Source: Pseudobdellovibrionaceae bacterium
GTDB taxonomy: Bacteria; Bdellovibrionota; Bdellovibrionia; Bdellovibrionales; Bdellovibrionaceae
Assembly: GCA_044359815.1 (NCBI GenBank)
Contig: JBIKLL010000023.1
Span: forward strand, 1 to 33,071
Length of the DNA stretch: 33,071 bases
Direction of reading: 5' to 3'
Shown here: positions 9,283 to 18,126 of the stretch, piece after piece
How the letters are laid out: every line of letters starts with the position of its first letter
Position numbering within the stretch: position 1 is the stretch's first letter
Made by a program: the position numbers and the translations under genes
Notes under the pieces: model-generated
Told to the model about the DNA's origin: nothing
The model's database searches: none
What the model saw: only the letters and a program-made list of their open reading frames with translations

Positions 9283-10187
9283 TAATTGCCCCCGTACATA
9301 AACTGGATGATGACCGGACCAAACACGATGATAAAAACTGCTGGTAAAATAAATAATATCATTGGAACCAACAGCGCTTGCGAAGCTCTGGCACCGGCTT
9401 TTTCTGCGCGCACAAATCGCTCAAGCCTGATTTGTTCGCTTTGCTCTTTCAGAACTTTCGAAATGCTGGCACCCGTTGCGTCGGCATCAATCAACACAGC
9501 CACGAAGCTGGTGATTTCTGGAATGTCTAATCGTTTTGACATCCCCCTTAAAGCATCAGCACGGCTGGAACCCAGCTTGATGTCCTTCAGGATAATGCCT
9601 AGCTCTTCAGCCAAAACACTGTCCTGAGCCTTGTCAGCAATTTTTTGAATCGCCGAAATAAAATCCAAACCAGCTTCTGTCGACAACGCCAACAGGTCTG
9701 CAAAAAATGGCAGATCAGCACGCACTGAAATTTCGCGAGAATTTTTTTCTGAGCGAGCGTAGAAAGTCGGCAGATAATATCCAATCGGCATTAACAAAAT
9801 CACAATCGGCCATGAAAATCCCAAATCCATCGTAAAGTTCGCAACAGCAATCAGCGCTGGCGCCATAATCCCCCAGAAAAACTGGAAGCCAATAAATTCA
9901 TCAACGTTCAGTTCCTTGGAAAGCCCCGAAGTTAAAATCAAGTATTCGATTTTCTTTCTGTACTCGGGGTCTTTGACTTTCAATGCGTACTTGAGTGTGA
10001 ACTGATGCACCAGGGGTCTGGAAAAATTAATAATCGCAGATTTGGATTTTACGGGTTCGTTGCCACTAGCCCATGAAAGCAATTCTTTTTGTGCGTTGGT
10101 ATTAGTCATGAATGATGAAACTAAAAAATACACAGACAATGCTGCCATAAATAATCCTGCAAAAAGTAACAGGTCCGCTTGAATCAC
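9282..10187 (-). CDS. tadC: Tad (type IVc) pilus inner-membrane protein TadC, T2SS-F family
   Basis: ADLPFFADLLALSTEAGLDF, LGSSRADALR, GASISKVLKEQS and LLVPMILFILPAVFIIVFGP motifs. GTG start at 10187 with an AGGA RBS at 10197-10200. Confidence 0.88.
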   Translation of the reverse strand: MIQADLLLFAGLFMAALSVYFLVSSFMTNTNAQKELLSWASGNEPVKSKSAIINFSRPLVHQFTLKYALKVKDPEYRKKIEYLILTSGLSKELNVDEFIGFQFFWGIMAPALIAVANFTMDLGFSWPIVILLMPIGYYLPTFYARSEKNSREISVRADLPFFADLLALSTEAGLDFISAIQKIADKAQDSVLAEELGIILKDIKLGSSRADALRGMSKRLDIPEITSFVAVLIDADATGASISKVLKEQSEQIRLERFVRAEKAGARASQALLVPMILFILPAVFIIVFGPVIIQFMYGGN

Positions 10188-10230
10188 TTTTCTGGTTCCT
10201 TTCACGCAAAGTTTGTGATGAACTCGGTTC

Positions 10231-11484
10231 ATGTACAAACTTGTGCTGGCATCCAACTCACCCCGAAGACAAAAACTTCTTCAGGAAGCAGGATTTCTCT
10301 TTAACTCATTCCCCGTTAACTTATCGGAAAAACTTGAGAATAACCTGAAGCCAGAGGAACAAATTTTATCCATAGCCCGACAAAAGGCCAGGTGGGCCGC
10401 ACAGACTTATAAACCATTGGATTCTGAAGATTTTCTGATACTGACGGCCGATACGATGGTTGTGTCAGAGGGAATCCCCTTGGGAAAGCCTGCTGATAAC
10501 CCAGACGCATGTCGAATGCTTTTACAACTTTCCGGAAATTCTCACCGGGTCATCACTGCGGTTACCCTCTGCAGAAGCCCCTATCAAGAGGTCCTGTCCT
10601 TCCATGTAACCACTGAAGTTTTCTTTAAAAAACTGAATGATACACAGATCCAAGATTATCTGGCTACGGGTCAGCATTTGGACAAGGCCGGAGCCTACGG
10701 GATCCAGAGTGCTGCTGGGAAATTTGTTGAAAAAATAATTGGTGATTTTAATAACGTCGTTGGCTTTCCGATTTTGGAATTTGAAAAACAATTGGCCGAT
10801 AAAAATATTATTCTGCAAAAACAAAAACCCACCGTTGAACCCTTGTCGGTAGTGACTGAGAAAATAAAATCAATCAGTGAAAAAACAAAAATCGTTGCTG
10901 TTTCAAAACTGCAAAGCACTGATGCGATTCGTGGATTGTATCTGCAAGGTCAGCTGGATTTTGCTGAAAATTATGTGCAAGAAACTGTTGAAAAACTGTC
11001 TGAGCTTTCCGATTTACCAATCAGATGGCATTTCATCGGGCACCTGCAAAAAAATAAAGTTAAAAATGTTGTGGGAAATTTTGAATTTATTCATTCTGTG
11101 GACACCGTTGAATTGTGCAAAAAAATCGATCAAATCGCTGGCGAAAAGGGCCTTTACCAAAAAATATTTTTACAAATCAACGTGGCGGGCGATCCTGGCA
11201 AATCAGGTTTTAATCCTGACAATATCTTGACCGATCTGAATCAGATTTTTAGTCTGAAAAACATTAGGGTCGTGGGTTTGATGACCATGCCGCCTTTGAC
11301 AAATTCTGCTCAGCAAAACAAAAAATATTTTATGGATCTCAGAAAAATTCGCGATCAGATCGCCGAAAACCATCCTGAATGTCAGGAACTGTCGATGGGA
11401 ACCACTCAGGATTTTTTGACCGCGGCTCAGTGTGGTGCAACCTTTGTGCGACTGGGTACGATTTTATTTGGCCAACGCCCGTAA
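10231..11484 (+). CDS. maf-yggS: Fusion of Maf nucleotide pyrophosphatase and YggS/PLPBP pyridoxal-phosphate homeostasis protein
   Basis: N half has LVLASNSPRR, ADT, LGKP, DKAGAYGIQ and NVVGFP (Maf/YhdE). C half has IVAVSK, FAENYVQE, WHFIGHLQKNK, GLMTMPP, LSMGTTQD and VRLGT (YggS). There is no intervening stop. Confidence 0.9.
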   Translation: MYKLVLASNSPRRQKLLQEAGFLFNSFPVNLSEKLENNLKPEEQILSIARQKARWAAQTYKPLDSEDFLILTADTMVVSEGIPLGKPADNPDACRMLLQLSGNSHRVITAVTLCRSPYQEVLSFHVTTEVFFKKLNDTQIQDYLATGQHLDKAGAYGIQSAAGKFVEKIIGDFNNVVGFPILEFEKQLADKNIILQKQKPTVEPLSVVTEKIKSISEKTKIVAVSKLQSTDAIRGLYLQGQLDFAENYVQETVEKLSELSDLPIRWHFIGHLQKNKVKNVVGNFEFIHSVDTVELCKKIDQIAGEKGLYQKIFLQINVAGDPGKSGFNPDNILTDLNQIFSLKNIRVVGLMTMPPLTNSAQQNKKYFMDLRKIRDQIAENHPECQELSMGTTQDFLTAAQCGATFVRLGTILFGQRP

Positions 11485-11537
11485 TTCTGCAATCATAAAA
11501 TTCAGAGACCTTTAAGCCTTTATGTCTGGAGCCTTTT

Positions 11538-12365
11538 GTGGATCAGCATTTTAAATTACCTTACAAAGTTGGATTTTTAGGAACTGGCAACCTGGCACAA
11601 GCCATGATCAAGGGTTTGCTTGAAAACAAAGTTCTGCCGCCTGAACGGATTTTTGGATCAAACAGATCACCTGGAAAGCTGCAGAAACTGGAAGCACTGG
11701 GGATAAAAGTTGTCGCGCAAAACGAAGAGCTTATAAATAATTGCGACGTCATAGTTGTCGCCACAAAACCTCAGGATCTGATTGCAGCATTGGAACCAAT
11801 CGGTTCGCTGATGTTACAAAATCAAATCGTCATCAGTTTGGCTGCAGGAATCAGTCTTAAAACTTTGCAAAGCAAAACTCCTCAATGCCGAGTGGTCAGG
11901 TTAATGCCAAACACTCCATCGATTATCAGTAAGGGCGTTTTGGGTTATGTTTCAAACACCACTGATGGAACAACGGATACAATTGTTGAGGATTTGTTTT
12001 CATCGTTAGGCTACGTCATCAAGGTCGAAGACGAAGAAAAACTGGAAAGCCTGTCTGTGGCTTGCGCTGCGGGGACGGGATTTGTTTTTGAACTGATGCT
12101 TTATTGGCAAGAATGGCTTGAAGAACATGGCTTTGCCACCGATGTGTCCCGCAAAATGACAGTCGAGACTTTTTTAGGTGCGGCGATGTTAGCGTCAATG
12201 AACAAAGATTCTTCGATCGATGACCTGTTGGCCAAGGTGGCATCGAAAAAAGGTATTACCCAAGCTGGACTTGAGTCCATGAGGGAATTAGAAATTGAGC
12301 GCGCGCTAAGATATTCTTTTGAAAAAGCAGCGTTACGCAATCAAGAGCTTGCGAAGATCAGCTAA
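11538..12365 (+). CDS. proC: Pyrroline-5-carboxylate reductase
   Basis: GFLGTGNLA Rossmann motif, ATKPQ, ISLAAG, RLMPNTP and VASKKGIT. Canonical position after yggS; GGAG RBS before GTG. Confidence 0.93.
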   Translation: MDQHFKLPYKVGFLGTGNLAQAMIKGLLENKVLPPERIFGSNRSPGKLQKLEALGIKVVAQNEELINNCDVIVVATKPQDLIAALEPIGSLMLQNQIVISLAAGISLKTLQSKTPQCRVVRLMPNTPSIISKGVLGYVSNTTDGTTDTIVEDLFSSLGYVIKVEDEEKLESLSVACAAGTGFVFELMLYWQEWLEEHGFATDVSRKMTVETFLGAAMLASMNKDSSIDDLLAKVASKKGITQAGLESMRELEIERALRYSFEKAALRNQELAKIS

Positions 12366-12412
12366 GCTCCCCTAATCTAATAAAAGGTTATTTGATTTTT
12401 GCGGAGGAAAGC

Positions 12413-12985
12413 ATGAAGTTTTCAACTACTGAGATTGCCAATAAGGTTTTCAAAAAAGAATTTTATGGATATTGCGTTGAAGAGGTTAAATCTTATTTAG
12501 ACGGTTTATCAAATCATTTAAACCAAATCCTGCAAGAGCGAAATTCATTGAAAGAACAGGTCAGACTGTACGAATCGCAAATAACTGAATTTAAACAAAA
12601 CGAACAAATTTTGCGTGAAACAATCACGGCTGCGACACAAATGTCTGAGCGGATGAAAGAGGAAGCTCGAGTCGAAGCACATAAAATTATTTTAAGCAGC
12701 CAGGAAAAGTCTCAGCAGCAAAGCCAAGAGGCCACAGAATCGCTGAAAAAGATGTACTTGGAATTGGCAGAGCTAAAAAAGGCCAAACAGAATTTCGAAA
12801 TCAATCTGAAAGCTTTGGCAAAATCACATATTGATTACATCGACCAGTCGGCCAAATCTACAGCCCAGACCGAAATCCCAGTGGCAGTGGCCAAAACTGA
12901 GGTTGCTGAAAAAACCAGTAGGGCCGAACGCTCAGAAGAAATCAAATCCTCTGGCTTTAAAGTTCAGCCCCTAGATTTTACTTAG
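12413..12985 (+). CDS. divIVA: DivIVA domain coiled-coil protein
   Basis: EIANKVFKKEFYGYCVEEVKSYLD DivIVA N-terminal motif followed by a coiled coil. ATG at 12413 with a GGAGGA RBS. Confidence 0.88.
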   Translation: MKFSTTEIANKVFKKEFYGYCVEEVKSYLDGLSNHLNQILQERNSLKEQVRLYESQITEFKQNEQILRETITAATQMSERMKEEARVEAHKIILSSQEKSQQQSQEATESLKKMYLELAELKKAKQNFEINLKALAKSHIDYIDQSAKSTAQTEIPVAVAKTEVAEKTSRAERSEEIKSSGFKVQPLDFT

Positions 12986-13005
12986 TTTAAATCTGGAGCG
13001 CAGCT

Positions 13006-14256
13006 CTATTTCGAGCCTGAGGGTAAAAATTTACGTTTTGAAAACACAATGGCAATTGCGATCACGTCAATGACTGCCGCAACCATAAAAGCAAAGGTGT
13101 GAGTGCCGCTATAAAAAAATCCACCAATCAAAGGACCTACGATACGACCCAGTGATGAATTTCCTTGCGCAGTTCCTAGCACAAGCCCCTGATCCTTGGG
13201 ATCAGTCAACAAACTGATACTGCCTAACAATGCAGGGCTGACAAAACTGATTCCCACTGAAAAGCTTGTCATCAATACAGCCAACCAAATCACATTGGGC
13301 CCAAAGGAAATCCCCGCAAAGGCCACCACCATCAAAACCAATCCCAACATTAAAACCTTGGCTTCGCCTATTGTTGGCAACAACCTGCGAACAATAAATC
13401 CCTGAGAAATCAACGAAATCACACCCACGTATACCATCCCAAAACCCATCTGCGACATGGTCCAATTAAATTCATCCTTCACGTACAAAACCAAGGTGGA
13501 TTCCAAACAGGCCATGGCAGTCGCCGATAAAAAAGAAACAAAAATTAAATTCCCAACAACAGGCTTTTTATAAACCTGCAAAAAAACTTTCAATCGGCTG
13601 TCCCGAGGAGCCTTGTATGAAGCAGACTTTTCTAAACTTTCCTTTAAAAAAAACCATCCAAACAAAAAACCTAAAATACAAACCACAGTGACCACGGCCG
13701 CAATTAATTTAATACTGGCCAGTTCAGATCCATACATCTGGGTTCCAATGTGTGACAATAATCCACCCACAGCTGGGCCCAACAAAAATCCCAATCCAAA
13801 GGCCACACCAATCAGCGCCATGCCTTTGGATCTGTTTTTTTCAGAGGTCACGTCAGAAATATAAGCTGATGCAGTTGAAATGCTGGCTCCAAAAAAGCCA
13901 GCAATGATCCTAGATGCAAACAGCATTTCGATACTGCTTGAAAGGGTCATCAAAAAATAAGCAAAGGCTTCCCCCAGCAAACAAACCAACAAAATTGGCC
14001 TGCGGCCATATTGATCGCTGAGCCTGCCCCAAAAGGGTGAAAACAAAAATTGCATGGCTGAAAAAACAGATAACAAGGCTCCTGAAACTATCGCAGAGCC
14101 GCCAGCGGCTTTGGCAATGGCTGGTAACAACGGAATCATGATTCCAAAACCCAGCAAATAGATAAAGATTGTTACAAAAATAAAAATCTGCGCGGACTTG
14201 GCAGTTTTATCTGCATCCTTACCTGTCAAATTGTCTGTTGATATTGATTCTGCCAT
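13006..14256 (-). CDS. MFS transporter, DHA1/TetA-like efflux family
   Basis: About 12 TM segments, motif A GRLSDQYGRRP, AYISDVT, GFLLGPAVGG and GRIVGPLIGG. Confidence 0.9.
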   Translation of the reverse strand: MAESISTDNLTGKDADKTAKSAQIFIFVTIFIYLLGFGIMIPLLPAIAKAAGGSAIVSGALLSVFSAMQFLFSPFWGRLSDQYGRRPILLVCLLGEAFAYFLMTLSSSIEMLFASRIIAGFFGASISTASAYISDVTSEKNRSKGMALIGVAFGLGFLLGPAVGGLLSHIGTQMYGSELASIKLIAAVVTVVCILGFLFGWFFLKESLEKSASYKAPRDSRLKVFLQVYKKPVVGNLIFVSFLSATAMACLESTLVLYVKDEFNWTMSQMGFGMVYVGVISLISQGFIVRRLLPTIGEAKVLMLGLVLMVVAFAGISFGPNVIWLAVLMTSFSVGISFVSPALLGSISLLTDPKDQGLVLGTAQGNSSLGRIVGPLIGGFFYSGTHTFAFMVAAVIDVIAIAIVFSKRKFLPSGSK

Positions 14257-14280
14257 TTTCTTTATCCATAATTGAGTTTT

Positions 14281-15435
14281 ATGAAAATGTCAGTGATTCT
14301 TACTTTTTTTATCAGTATTCCCAGCATGGCTTATTTCCAGTCACAGGACTTCAAGCAAAACCAATGGCAACTGTGGTCAGGGGTTAATCATTTTAGTGCT
14401 ACCAGTAATTTTACCCGTGAAGGCGGCCAGTTTGACCGATTGCCCAGCGGTAATCAGTATCAGCTGACTCAGATAGATTTTGGTGTGAACTATGGTTTTT
14501 CTAAATGGTCTCGCATCCGATTTATTGGCCAATCGGCCTCTGCAATGTCCGAGGATTCCGTAGCGCAAAGAAACAATTCGGGATTTACCTATGTTGGCGC
14601 TGCCATGGATTTTAAAATGTTAGATTACAATGGATTTCAGATTGTTCCCTCTGTGACCTATCTGGCGCCGGTGACAAATATTTCTGCAGCATCTGATGAC
14701 GTTTTTATTTCAGAGGGCGTCAGTGAATTGCAACTGAACACAATGATGTTGTGGGACGCGGGAACTTTTGAGCCTTTTGGTTCACTGGGATTTAATTACC
14801 GCGATGGAGGCAGAGCTTCGCTGCTGACCTATGCAGCGGGCGCCGAAGTTGATTTTGCAAAATTCAAAGCCGGTGCCGGCATTCAAGGTTACAACACTGT
14901 CATTGCCGATGAGTTTTCTAAAACACCTTCAGTGCGCGAGGCCTCTGCGTCTAAAAACGGCGGTGCGCTCAGATTTTACACCGTCGACCCCGCACTGCTG
15001 GAAAGCCAATACTGGATTCGGTTTGGTACAAAATCAAATTGGAGTTTGCAATTAGGTGGCGGCTTTTCAGTAACTGGAGCCGCGACTGCGGGTGGATGGA
15101 ACGCCTTTGGTTTGATTTCGTTTAGCATTGACAGTAAAAAAATCGAATCAATTAACAAAACAGAAGTCGAAAAATTTGAAGAGATAACTGAAGATGGTGT
15201 GGATCAGAATGCGTTTCAACATCCCGCAACACCGACCACAACTACCATTCCACCAAACACCAGTGCTCCTATGCCAGACGACGCAAATATTGTTGAAAAC
15301 CGTGGCAGATCTCAGTTAAAAGAAAAACGAGAAAAAGCTCCACCTTCGGATAATTCAAATGCCAGCCAATTGCAGGATGCCGAAATGCATATGGAACTCA
15401 GACTCAAAAAGAAAACTAAAAAACGTCAAAAATAG
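14281..15435 (+). CDS. Exported predicted outer-membrane beta-barrel protein with disordered, basic C-terminal tail
   Basis: Signal peptide MKMSVILTFFISIPSMA and alternating amphipathic strands up to GWNAFGLISFSID, followed by a Pro/Thr-rich tail ending KKKTKKRQK. Confidence 0.6.
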   Translation: MKMSVILTFFISIPSMAYFQSQDFKQNQWQLWSGVNHFSATSNFTREGGQFDRLPSGNQYQLTQIDFGVNYGFSKWSRIRFIGQSASAMSEDSVAQRNNSGFTYVGAAMDFKMLDYNGFQIVPSVTYLAPVTNISAASDDVFISEGVSELQLNTMMLWDAGTFEPFGSLGFNYRDGGRASLLTYAAGAEVDFAKFKAGAGIQGYNTVIADEFSKTPSVREASASKNGGALRFYTVDPALLESQYWIRFGTKSNWSLQLGGGFSVTGAATAGGWNAFGLISFSIDSKKIESINKTEVEKFEEITEDGVDQNAFQHPATPTTTTIPPNTSAPMPDDANIVENRGRSQLKEKREKAPPSDNSNASQLQDAEMHMELRLKKKTKKRQK

Positions 15436-15450
15436 ATTGCGGGATTTTAA

Positions 15451-18126
15451 ATGAGCCTACCTGATCGATACAACCCCTCTGAAGTCGAAACTAAAACCTA
15501 TCAATGGTGGGAAAGCTCTGGCTTTTTTAAAGCCGCAGAAAAATCCAACAAACCTCCTTATTGCATTATTTTGCCTCCACCTAACGTGACTGGATTTTTA
15601 CACATGGGACATGCATTGGATCACAGCATTCAAGATCTGTTGGTCAGATACAAACGCATGACGGGATTTAATGTTTTGTGGTTACCAGGCACTGATCACG
15701 CAGGTATCGCCACACAGGTTGTTGTTGAAAAAGAACTTAAAAAAGCTGGCAGTTCCCGATCATCATTGGGCCGCGAAAAATTTGTGGAAAAGGTTTGGGA
15801 ATGGAAACACCAATATGGCGATCGAATTTATTCGCAGATGCGCAAGCTTGGCGACAGTTGCGATTGGGACCGCGCTGTATTTACCTTGGACGAAAATGTT
15901 TCTAAAGCAGTTCGCAAAGTTTTTGTTTCGTTGTATCAAAAAAATCTGATTTACCGCGGTTTGCGTTTGGTCAATTGGAGCGGTCCATTGGAATCCGCAA
16001 TTTCTGACCTGGAAGTCGACTACAAAGAGGTTAAGGGTTCTTTGTGGCATATCAAATACCCAATCCAAGGCACCAAAGAATTTTTAATTGTTGCAACCAC
16101 CAGACCTGAAACTTTGTTAGGTGATTCGGCTGTTTGTGTCCACCCTGATGACGAACGCTACAAAAAATTTATCGGTAAAAATGTTTTACTGCCATTGCTA
16201 AACAGACCTATCCCGATAATTGCTGACGCTTATGTTGATCAAAGTTTTGGCTCAGGCGTTGTCAAAATCACTCCGGCCCATGATTTTAATGATTACAAAA
16301 TTGGTAAAACACATAATTTGCCATTTATAAATATTCTGAACAAAAAATGCGAACTGAACGAAAACGCAGGTCCTTACAAAGGTCTCAAGGTCACCGAGGC
16401 TCGCAAAAAAGTTTTGGAAGACCTGACGCAATTGGGATTGTTGGACAAAGAAGAACCTCACAAACTGAACGTGGGTCATTGTTCCAGAACAGGTGCAGTT
16501 GTTGAACCTTATTTATCCGATCAATGGTTTGTAAAAACTGAGGCCATAGCAAAACCAGCCAAACACGCAGTTGAAAACGGCACAATCAAATTTGAACCCG
16601 AATCATGGACCAAGGTTTATTTGCATTGGATGAGTATTATCGATGATTGGTGTGTCAGCCGTCAGTTGTGGTGGGGTCACAGGATTCCTGCATGGCATTG
16701 CATGGACTGTAAAAACATTATCGTTAGCGAAACTGATCCTGCTGATTGTACCAAATGCAAAAGCAAAAAACTGTCACAGGACGAAGACGTGCTAGACACT
16801 TGGTTCAGTTCGGCACTGTGGCCCTTTAGCACTATGGGTTGGCCGCAAGAAACTGAACTGCAAAAAACTTTTTACCCAACCAATACATTGGTAACAGGTC
16901 ACGATATAATATTTTTCTGGGTCGCCAGAATGATTATGATGGGTATCGAATTTAAAAAAGACGTTCCCTTCAGGCATGTTTATGTTCATGGCTTGATCCG
17001 CGACAGTCAGGGACGCAAAATGTCCAAGAGCTTGGGTAATTCTGTAGACCCTGTCGAAATGATCGATAAATACGGCGCCGATGCCCTGAGGTTTTCAATT
17101 TTGTCACAGTTGCATTCAGGCCGTGATATGAAATTCAGCGAACAGCGTTTGGAAAGTTCGCGCAATTTTATGAATAAAATCTGGAACGCGACTAGGTTTT
17201 GTCTGAATTATCTGAAAGATTTTAAACCACCAGCTCAAGGTGTGAATACAGCCCTGGATAAATCGGCATCGACTACCTATGATCAGTGGATTGTTTTTCA
17301 GATGAAGCTTTTGCAAGAATCCACCGAAAGCTTAATGGCGCAAAACAGATTTTCAGATGCAGCCAACGCAATCTACAGTTTTGTTTGGTACGAGTTCTGT
17401 GATTGGTACATCGAATTTATCAAACCCATCGTTAACGGTCCTGATGGCGCACAAAAACCCAATGCCCTGTTAAATATGGCGCAGATTTTAAACCGCATCA
17501 TGAGACTGCTGCACCCGTTTACGCCTTTTGTGACCGAAGAAATTTATCAAAAGCTTCCGATTAAAGGTGCCGCTTGTATCATTGATCAGTATCCAACAAT
17601 CAAAACGGACAAACAGTATTTGGATTCTGGGTCAGAACAGGCTTCTGATGAAATCGAACTGATCAAAGCGGTTATTGTGGCCGTCAGAAACATTCGTGGC
17701 GAAAACAAAATCAAAGCCGGGTCCCAAGTTTCGTGCAAAATCAAACCCAGCAATTCTTTTGTGGAAAATGTAATGAACAAACACAAAGTCGTGATCACTC
17801 AGCTGTCACGAATTGATGATTTAATTATCGGCGATACGGGTAATCTGTCTAAATGTGCTGTCACCAATGTCACACACAAGGACAATCAAGCCTTGGTTGT
17901 GATTCCCTTGGCCGGAATCGTTGATCTGGATGAGGAAATAAAGCGCATTCAGAAAAATATCGAAAAACTGGATAAAGATATTAGTTCTACTGAATCCAGA
18001 CTGAAAAACGAAAACTTTGTCAAAAATGCTGCCGAAGAAGTGATTGAAGCCGACCGTCTGTTGCTGTCACAATCAAAGGTCAAGGTTAAATCACTAAAGG
18101 AATCACTTGAGCGATTGCAGTCTTAA
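15451..18126 (+). CDS. valS: Valine--tRNA ligase
   Basis: PPPNVTG-LHMGH, GTDHAGIATQ, ATTRPET, DWCVSRQLWWGHRIP, KMSKS and a C-terminal coiled coil. Confidence 0.98.
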   Translation: MSLPDRYNPSEVETKTYQWWESSGFFKAAEKSNKPPYCIILPPPNVTGFLHMGHALDHSIQDLLVRYKRMTGFNVLWLPGTDHAGIATQVVVEKELKKAGSSRSSLGREKFVEKVWEWKHQYGDRIYSQMRKLGDSCDWDRAVFTLDENVSKAVRKVFVSLYQKNLIYRGLRLVNWSGPLESAISDLEVDYKEVKGSLWHIKYPIQGTKEFLIVATTRPETLLGDSAVCVHPDDERYKKFIGKNVLLPLLNRPIPIIADAYVDQSFGSGVVKITPAHDFNDYKIGKTHNLPFINILNKKCELNENAGPYKGLKVTEARKKVLEDLTQLGLLDKEEPHKLNVGHCSRTGAVVEPYLSDQWFVKTEAIAKPAKHAVENGTIKFEPESWTKVYLHWMSIIDDWCVSRQLWWGHRIPAWHCMDCKNIIVSETDPADCTKCKSKKLSQDEDVLDTWFSSALWPFSTMGWPQETELQKTFYPTNTLVTGHDIIFFWVARMIMMGIEFKKDVPFRHVYVHGLIRDSQGRKMSKSLGNSVDPVEMIDKYGADALRFSILSQLHSGRDMKFSEQRLESSRNFMNKIWNATRFCLNYLKDFKPPAQGVNTALDKSASTTYDQWIVFQMKLLQESTESLMAQNRFSDAANAIYSFVWYEFCDWYIEFIKPIVNGPDGAQKPNALLNMAQILNRIMRLLHPFTPFVTEEIYQKLPIKGAACIIDQYPTIKTDKQYLDSGSEQASDEIELIKAVIVAVRNIRGENKIKAGSQVSCKIKPSNSFVENVMNKHKVVITQLSRIDDLIIGDTGNLSKCAVTNVTHKDNQALVVIPLAGIVDLDEEIKRIQKNIEKLDKDISSTESRLKNENFVKNAAEEVIEADRLLLSQSKVKVKSLKESLERLQS

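Noticed and set aside
10188..10256. ORF-track N-terminal extensions (tadC 10256; also 2275, 2249, 6445, 7443, 8963, 12392)
   Set aside because: They create head-to-head or long overlaps. Downstream starts have an RBS or stop/start coupling.
13006..14256. Acquired tetracycline resistance gene tetA
   Set aside because: The similarity is family-level only. There is no tetR or mobile context, and the gene sits among core genes.
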